Shown one piece after another: positions 7,945-12,202 of a DNA stretch of 12,202 nt; within the stretch, counting starts at the first letter, position 1, and each line of letters starts with the position of its first letter. The DNA comes from an uncultured Pseudomonadota bacterium. GTDB taxonomy: Bacteria; SAR324; NAC60-12. The translations under genes were made by a program, and so were the position numbers. The stretch covers positions 1 to 12,202 of the forward strand of contig CAJWCD010000109.1 of NCBI GenBank assembly GCA_913020725.1. The letters run 5' to 3'. The notes beneath the pieces were generated by a model. The model worked only from the letters and a program-made list of their open reading frames with translations, was not told the DNA's origin and ran no database searches.

Positions 7945-8433
7945 TCACGGATTGCGACGCTTGTAGTCCTCAAGGGCTTGCTTGAGGTCATCATACTCAT
8001 CACAACCGAAGAGGCACTCTTCATCCAGCACCTTGAGGTGGGCTGCGGCTTTTTCGGGCTGTCCAAGCTCAAGGTAGAGTTCGCCGATGTACTCGTTCGC
8101 GCCGAGGTGTCCGGGTTTGAGGCGCAAGGCTTCACGGTAGTGCGTGAAGGCTTCGTCCACCCGGTCGAGTTTACGGTAGCTGTAGCCGAGCAGGTTGTGA
8201 ATGTCCGGATTGTCCGGCTCGCGTTGCAGTGCTACTTTGAGTCGTGAGAGTGCTTTGGAAAAATTGTCGTAGTCGAGCAGCATCCGTGCTTTTTCCAAAT
8301 CCGGATCCTTTGCCGCCTCGGAAGTGCCGCTCGTGCTGTCGTCCGAATCTTCAGCAAGTGCCACCGGGATCGCGCAAAACCATCCCAGCGCGAGTACACC
8401 GAGGGCGAGGAAAACAAGTTTAGGTTGCGTCAT
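7945..8433 (-). CDS. Exported tetratricopeptide-repeat protein
   Basis: Signal-peptide-like N-terminus (MTQPKLVFLALGVLALGWFCAIPVALA), acidic linker, TPR motifs (PDNPDIHNLLGYSY, ALRLKPGHLGANEYIGELY), C-terminal CLFGC. Start reset to ATG 8433. Confidence 0.85.
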   Translation of the reverse strand: MTQPKLVFLALGVLALGWFCAIPVALAEDSDDSTSGTSEAAKDPDLEKARMLLDYDNFSKALSRLKVALQREPDNPDIHNLLGYSYRKLDRVDEAFTHYREALRLKPGHLGANEYIGELYLELGQPEKAAAHLKVLDEECLFGCDEYDDLKQALEDYKRRNP

Positions 8434-8529
8434 GGCCAAAGGTGCGGTAGGAATTTTGGGATCAAATGCCGATACTTGTTCAGCGTAGAACAGCCCCGGC
8501 TGCTTGTCCACCTCGATTCGACCTTGACC

Positions 8530-9381
8530 ATGCACCAAACCCTGATTGACTGTGAAACCCTGCTTGCGCACCTCGGCCACTCCGATTGGGTGATCTTTGA
8601 CTGCCGCTTCGACCTGAGCGACGCAGACGCGAAGGAGCGCGACTACCGCGCAGGCCACATCCCCGGCGCGATTTACGCAAACCTCAGCCGCGATCTCTCC
8701 GGACCCGTCATTCCCGGCAAAAGCGGGCGAAATCCCCTGCCTGATCCTGAATCCCTCCACCGCCGTTTCTGCAACTGGGGCATCGGTCCCAAAGTGCAGG
8801 TGGTCGTGTATGACAGTGGCCCCGGCTCTTTTGCGGCTCGGCTCTGGTGGAGCCTACGCTGGCTGGGACACGAGCGGGTCGCTGTGCTGGAAGGCGGTTG
8901 GAAGGCGTGGAATTCCCAAAACTTGCCCCTCAGCACAGAAGTTCCGAAACCCGTGCCGTGGCGGTTTCCGCTCCAACTTCAGGAAGGCTGGGTGGTGGAT
9001 GCCGAAACCGTTTTGCAAGCCTCCACCAATCCGGAGGTGCGGCTCATTGATGGGCGCGGGGCCGACCGCTTTCGTGGCGAAAACGAAACGCTCGATCCGG
9101 TTGCCGGGCACATTCCGGGAGCGCGGTCGCTGCCGTCGCTTTCCAATGTTGGAAAAGATGGGCAGTTTCAAGATGCGGAGGAATTGCGGAAGAAATTTGA
9201 GGGAGTCTTGGCAGGCTGCGCGGTGGAACAGCACATCAGCTATTGCGGATCCGGCATCACGGCCTGCCACAATCTGCTCGCAATGAAACACGCCGGGTTT
9301 GCAGCCGGACGGCTCTATCCGGGTTCGTGGAGCGAGTGGATCACTGATCCAAAACGACCGATTGCGACCGGAGCGGCTTAA
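8530..9381 (+). CDS. sseA: Tandem-domain rhodanese / 3-mercaptopyruvate sulfurtransferase
   Basis: YRAGHIPGA, AARLWW, VLEGG, AGHIPGA, active-site YCGSGITAC, YPGSWSEW. Start reset to ATG 8530. Confidence 0.92.
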   Translation: MHQTLIDCETLLAHLGHSDWVIFDCRFDLSDADAKERDYRAGHIPGAIYANLSRDLSGPVIPGKSGRNPLPDPESLHRRFCNWGIGPKVQVVVYDSGPGSFAARLWWSLRWLGHERVAVLEGGWKAWNSQNLPLSTEVPKPVPWRFPLQLQEGWVVDAETVLQASTNPEVRLIDGRGADRFRGENETLDPVAGHIPGARSLPSLSNVGKDGQFQDAEELRKKFEGVLAGCAVEQHISYCGSGITACHNLLAMKHAGFAAGRLYPGSWSEWITDPKRPIATGAA

Positions 9382-9728
9382 CCAAAACGCCCGTAATCGT
9401 CCTCAAAACGCTCGATGTCGTCCTCGCCAAAGTAAGCACCGGTTTGCACTTCCACGAAGACAAGATTTTTGGAACCGATGTTTTCCATGCGGTGTTTTGT
9501 TTGACACGGAATGTCCACAGCCTCGCCAGCACTCAGGTCAATTTGCTCTGCATCAAGCGTCACCCGCCCGTTTCCGGAAACGACAAACCAGTGTTCGGCG
9601 CGGCGTTGGTGGCGCTGGAGGCTGAAGCGTGCTCCGGGATTCACCGTGATGCGCTTGACCTTGTGGTCGGTTTCGTCCGCAAGCACTTGGTAGCTCCCCC
9701 ACGGGCGTGCGCTGGCTTCAAGTTTCAT
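9378..9728 (-). CDS. Stand-alone mannose-6-phosphate isomerase type II C-terminal cupin protein
   Basis: RPWGSY, VKRITVNPG..SLQRHQRRAEHWFVVSG, HRMEN, VEVQTGAYFGEDDIERFEDDYGR. Start reset to ATG 9728. Confidence 0.92.
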   Translation of the reverse strand: MKLEASARPWGSYQVLADETDHKVKRITVNPGARFSLQRHQRRAEHWFVVSGNGRVTLDAEQIDLSAGEAVDIPCQTKHRMENIGSKNLVFVEVQTGAYFGEDDIERFEDDYGRFG

Positions 9729-10068
9729 CGTGAACCTCCCGGCTATCGGCAGGGGCTTGTTCGCGGTTGGACATGCCGTAATCCCGAACGATTTCGGCAA
9801 CCCGCAGGCGGTAGTCCAGAAAAATCCCGTCCCGTCCTCGTGCTTGTGCGAGGCGATGCTCTTCGAGTTGCCGCCAGCGTTTGACAGAGTCCTCGTCGCG
9901 CCAGAAGGAGAGCGAGAGCAGCTTGCCCTCTGTTGTCATGCTCGTGAAGCGTTCAATGGAGAGGAAACCGTCAATGGCCTCCAACTGCGGACGCAGACGG
10001 GCGGCGAGGTCCAAATACTCCTGGCGGCGTTCCGGGTCTGGAGTGAATTCAAAGATAACGGCAATCAT
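9718..10068 (-). CDS. Antibiotic biosynthesis monooxygenase (ABM) family protein
   Basis: MIAVIFE, IDGFLSIERF, LSLSFWRDE, WR...EH..AQ..GR...F..YRLRVA. Confidence 0.92.
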   Translation of the reverse strand: MIAVIFEFTPDPERRQEYLDLAARLRPQLEAIDGFLSIERFTSMTTEGKLLSLSFWRDEDSVKRWRQLEEHRLAQARGRDGIFLDYRLRVAEIVRDYGMSNREQAPADSREVHDET

Positions 10069-10574
10069 TGGGTTGTTGTGCGGTAGAGTTCAAATCCACG
10101 CGCCTGATAATTGCGGAGGGCGCTGGGGTGATCAAGTGAGCAAGTGTTGACCCCCACCCGTTTGGTGCCGCCCAAATTCCAAGCGGTTTTAATGGCGTGG
10201 GAGAGCAAATACCCGCCAAATCCCTGCCCAATGAACTTGGAGACGATTCCGAAATAGGCCAGTTCCACATGCCCACCTTCGGCTTCTTGCAATTCGTAGT
10301 AACCTGCCGGAGAGCCTTGGGAGTAGGCCACCCATGTGCGGAGATTTTCTGCTTCGGCATACTGCTGCCATTGCTCATTCGTCCACGAGAGCTTGTCAGT
10401 CCAGTTCCACGGGCCTCCGACCCATTCGTACAAAAAACGGTTGAGCGCGTACTGCTTGACCACGCACTCTGTGACTTGTAAACCCTGCGACTCCTGTTTT
10501 TCGTTGAGGGCATCAGGCGAGTTCATTGCCAAGTAGTAAATGGTGACGGGGGCCACTGCGTTCGTCTGGCTCAC
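10065..10574 (-). CDS. GNAT family N-acetyltransferase
   Basis: AGYYEL, ELAYFG....IGQGFGGYLL (acetyl-CoA loop), TCSLDHPSALRNYQARGF. Probable GTG start at 10574 overlaps the EEP stop (GTGA). Confidence 0.9.
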   Translation of the reverse strand: MSQTNAVAPVTIYYLAMNSPDALNEKQESQGLQVTECVVKQYALNRFLYEWVGGPWNWTDKLSWTNEQWQQYAEAENLRTWVAYSQGSPAGYYELQEAEGGHVELAYFGIVSKFIGQGFGGYLLSHAIKTAWNLGGTKRVGVNTCSLDHPSALRNYQARGFELYRTTTQ

Positions 10575-11419
10575 CCCAGTTCTAGCCAAACGGGTTGGTG
10601 ATCCGAGGCTGCGGTTTCGGTGTTGACCTCGATTTTTTGCACCGTATCGACCAGATCATTGGTGATGAAGAAAAAATCCCGGCAGTGTGGGCCATCCGGC
10701 CACTGTTTGACATCGTGCAACCCGCAGGTCGGTGGGTGGGGTGTGTCCGGCTGCCAGCGTTGCCACGCATCCACCAGAGCATGATCCGGGGCTTTGACGG
10801 CTTCTGTGAGTAGGCGGTAAGCGGCACTCTCCGGCAAAAAATTGAAATCGCCGCAGACGATCATTGAGGGAGACTGCGGAACCAGCGAGAACGCGGTTTC
10901 CGGACGATCCAGTGGCGGTTGTCGCATTTGTGCGGAGGCCTCTAGGTGGAGTTCCTGGATGCGGGTGGCTTGGGCTGCTCGCTGGCGTGGAGAGAAGAAT
11001 TCGAGATGAGTGGTTGCAAAGCGCACCCAGCCGACCTCGGTTTCCACGGTCACTTCACTCAGCATCCTCGGCATTGAGGACGCCTTGGCATCCGCTGGAT
11101 ATGTGAGGGCCAAATGTCGCACCTGTGAGGGAGCAAGTTTGGAAAGGATCAGATTGCCAAACTCCCGGAGTTTGCCGTCAACTCCGCCGGAGCGCTCCAG
11201 TGCCGCTCCGTAAAAGGCTTGGTATTCCGGAAAGAGTTCTCGCAACTGCTCCAATTGATCGACTCCGGAATCCGTGTTTGGGTCCCAGCGCGAGATTTCC
11301 TGAAGCCCCATCACGTCCGGCAATTCGCGGCTACGGATCACGCGGGCAATGCGCTTCAGGTCAATGCGGCCATCGGCACCGCCTTTGCCATACTGGATGT
11401 TCCAACTCAACAGACGCAT
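10571..11419 (-). CDS. Endonuclease/exonuclease/phosphatase (EEP) family hydrolase
   Basis: LSWNIQ, DVMGLQE, FGNLILS, TTHLE, CGDFN, DFFF, ASDHQPV. Confidence 0.93.
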   Translation of the reverse strand: MRLLSWNIQYGKGGADGRIDLKRIARVIRSRELPDVMGLQEISRWDPNTDSGVDQLEQLRELFPEYQAFYGAALERSGGVDGKLREFGNLILSKLAPSQVRHLALTYPADAKASSMPRMLSEVTVETEVGWVRFATTHLEFFSPRQRAAQATRIQELHLEASAQMRQPPLDRPETAFSLVPQSPSMIVCGDFNFLPESAAYRLLTEAVKAPDHALVDAWQRWQPDTPHPPTCGLHDVKQWPDGPHCRDFFFITNDLVDTVQKIEVNTETAASDHQPVWLELG

Positions 11420-11498
11420 GATTTCCCAAAAATGAACATTTCGTAAAAAACCACAAATTGCACGAAAATTTATTTCACCGGTGATTTTTATGTGTGCA
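11420..11498. promoter_or_regulatory. AT-rich promoter region upstream of the EEP operon, with a palindrome
   Basis: AT-rich island in a GC-rich background. Perfect palindrome TCACCGGTGA at 11475-11484, flanked by TGCAC (11459-11463) and GTGCA (11494-11498). Confidence 0.4.
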
Positions 11499-11710
11499 GA
11501 CTTTGGTGACGGTGTTGGCCTAGGTATTCAGGCTAACGGGCTTTGTTGCGTCTGTAAACCACCCTGTGGGATTCAGGGAGGGGGAGGGCAGGAAGAAGGG
11601 GAAAAACCGACCGTGATCGGTTCAAAGGGGGAAACGAGCTTCGGTCCATGAAGCTCAGCAGGGGTGGGTTGAAACTCCTGAAGAGATGACGACGACGACT
11701 CTCTCATAGG
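11495..11710. ncRNA. Candidate structured non-coding RNA (series of stem-loops; family unknown)
   Basis: Inverted repeats at 11495-11556, 11562-11578, 11605-11622, 11636-11656, 11659-11680 and 11679-11706. No convincing ORF. Confidence 0.35.
11595..11623 (-). terminator. Probable intrinsic terminator downstream of the SutA-like gene
   Basis: Minus strand AACCGAU-CACG-GUCGGUU followed by UUUCCCCUUCUU. The U-tract is short. Confidence 0.45.
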
Positions 11711-11712
11711 AC

Positions 11713-11889
11713 TCAATAGAGTTCTGGATCCTGCACGTCCTTCATCTCCAGCACGTCTTCAGTGATCAAGAAATCGTAGCCCAACACAGGTTCTCCCACC
11801 ACCTTCTCGATGCGGTTGATCTTTCCGCCTCTTCTGAGGTAGCGAGACAAAGCATCGTCAAGCTTGTCCCGGCTGATCTCCGTGGTCAT
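11713..11889 (-). CDS. 58-aa small protein, SutA RNAP-binding-domain-like
   Basis: MTTEISRDKLDDALSRYLRRGGKINRIEKVVGEPVLGYDFLITEDVLEMKDVQDPELY*. AGGAG RBS (11900-11896) lies 6 nt before the ATG. Helix plus YLRRGGKI resembles SutA FLSRGGKV. Below the ORF-track length cutoff. Confidence 0.75.
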   Translation of the reverse strand: MTTEISRDKLDDALSRYLRRGGKINRIEKVVGEPVLGYDFLITEDVLEMKDVQDPELY

Positions 11890-11969
11890 AGAATGCTCCT
11901 TTCACACGAGGGTTGAATGATTTTCCTGAGCAACCCGCCTCACGGCGTTGTGCTCCTGTTTGTCCTTAG

Positions 11970-11986
11970 AGCAAATTGCAGACCCG
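11970..11986 (-). promoter_or_regulatory. Putative sigma54 (-24/-12) promoter of the SutA-like gene
   Basis: Minus strand CGGGTCTGCAATTTGCT has GG (11984-11983)-N10-GC (11972-11971). The -12 box TTGCT is consensus; the -24 box is degenerate (GGTCTG versus GGCACG). Confidence 0.45.
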
Positions 11987-12133
11987 CTGGTTGCCCCACG
12001 ACAAAAAAACCATTTATACCACTGTTTTTATTGAATATAATTTTATGATCTAAGGGGAAGACCCCAAAAAAATCCCGGAGCGAGGCCAGAGGAAGCGGAC
12101 AGGATTCTGTGGAAAAATCTTGCCACCAAGGAA

Positions 12134-12202
12134 TTAGGAAGGCAGGATTTTTCCGGGGTTGAGCAGATTGAGCGGATCGAGTGCCTCTTTGATCTGGCGC
12201 AT
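12134..12202 (-). CDS. 3' end (partial) of an FAD-linked oxidase (GlcD/D-lactate dehydrogenase-like)
   Basis: Reads MRQIKEALDPLNLLNPGKILPS* (TAA 12136-12134). K..LDP..LLNPGK is the typical C-terminus of this family. Confidence 0.88.
   Translation of the reverse strand: MRQIKEALDPLNLLNPGKILPS

Noticed and set aside
7887..8760. Long N-terminal extensions of the lactonase (to 8135), TPR protein (to 8760) and sulfurtransferase (from 8425)
   Set aside because: They overlap neighbouring real genes. Family-like sequence begins at ATG 7886, 8433 and 8530.
11459..11498. NtrC site (TGCAC...GTGCA)
   Set aside because: The half-sites are 30 nt apart rather than 7.
11500..11570. c-di-GMP-I riboswitch-like words on the minus strand (CACAGGG...GACGCAACAAAGCC...GCCTGAA)
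   Set aside because: The GGCAAAC segment and the GAAA-tetraloop stem are missing and the spacing is wrong. A cmscan run would settle it.
11573..11707. 44-codon minus-strand ORF (MRESSSSSLQ...CPPPP) just after the SutA-like gene
   Set aside because: No RBS, low-complexity Ser/Pro content arising from the (GAC)4 and C-rich tracts, and it runs through a terminator-like hairpin.
11495..11710. CRISPR array, tRNA or 6S RNA as the explanation for the hairpins
   Set aside because: No identical repeats with spacers, no cloverleaf or T-loop, and no single long rod with a central bubble.

Overview
Bacterial chromosomal window of moderately high GC, with no mobile element, CRISPR array, rRNA or tRNA visible. 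On the left (+) are the 3' end of purH, a HAD phosphatase and a DCC-family thiol-disulfide protein. The centre (-) is a co-directional run: exported TPR protein, sugar-lactonase-type amidohydrolase, FucU/RbsD mutarotase, L-fucose-dehydrogenase-like SDR, FGGY kinase, BtpA/SgcQ protein, M29 aminopeptidase and prmC. The SDR is broken by one in-frame TAA, and a 35-codon ORF overlaps both its stop and the kinase start. A rhodanese/MST sulfurtransferase (+) converges on a tightly coupled (-) operon of EEP hydrolase, GNAT, ABM protein and stand-alone PMI-II cupin. The last ~780 bp, empty in the ORF track, hold a multi-hairpin ncRNA candidate, a 58-aa SutA-like ORF with a good RBS and a possible sigma54/IHF/enhancer promoter, and the 3' end of an FAD-linked oxidase. 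Best leads are the SutA-like gene with its neighbouring structured RNA, and the hybrid sugar operon. All family calls come from motif recognition by eye; no searches were run.
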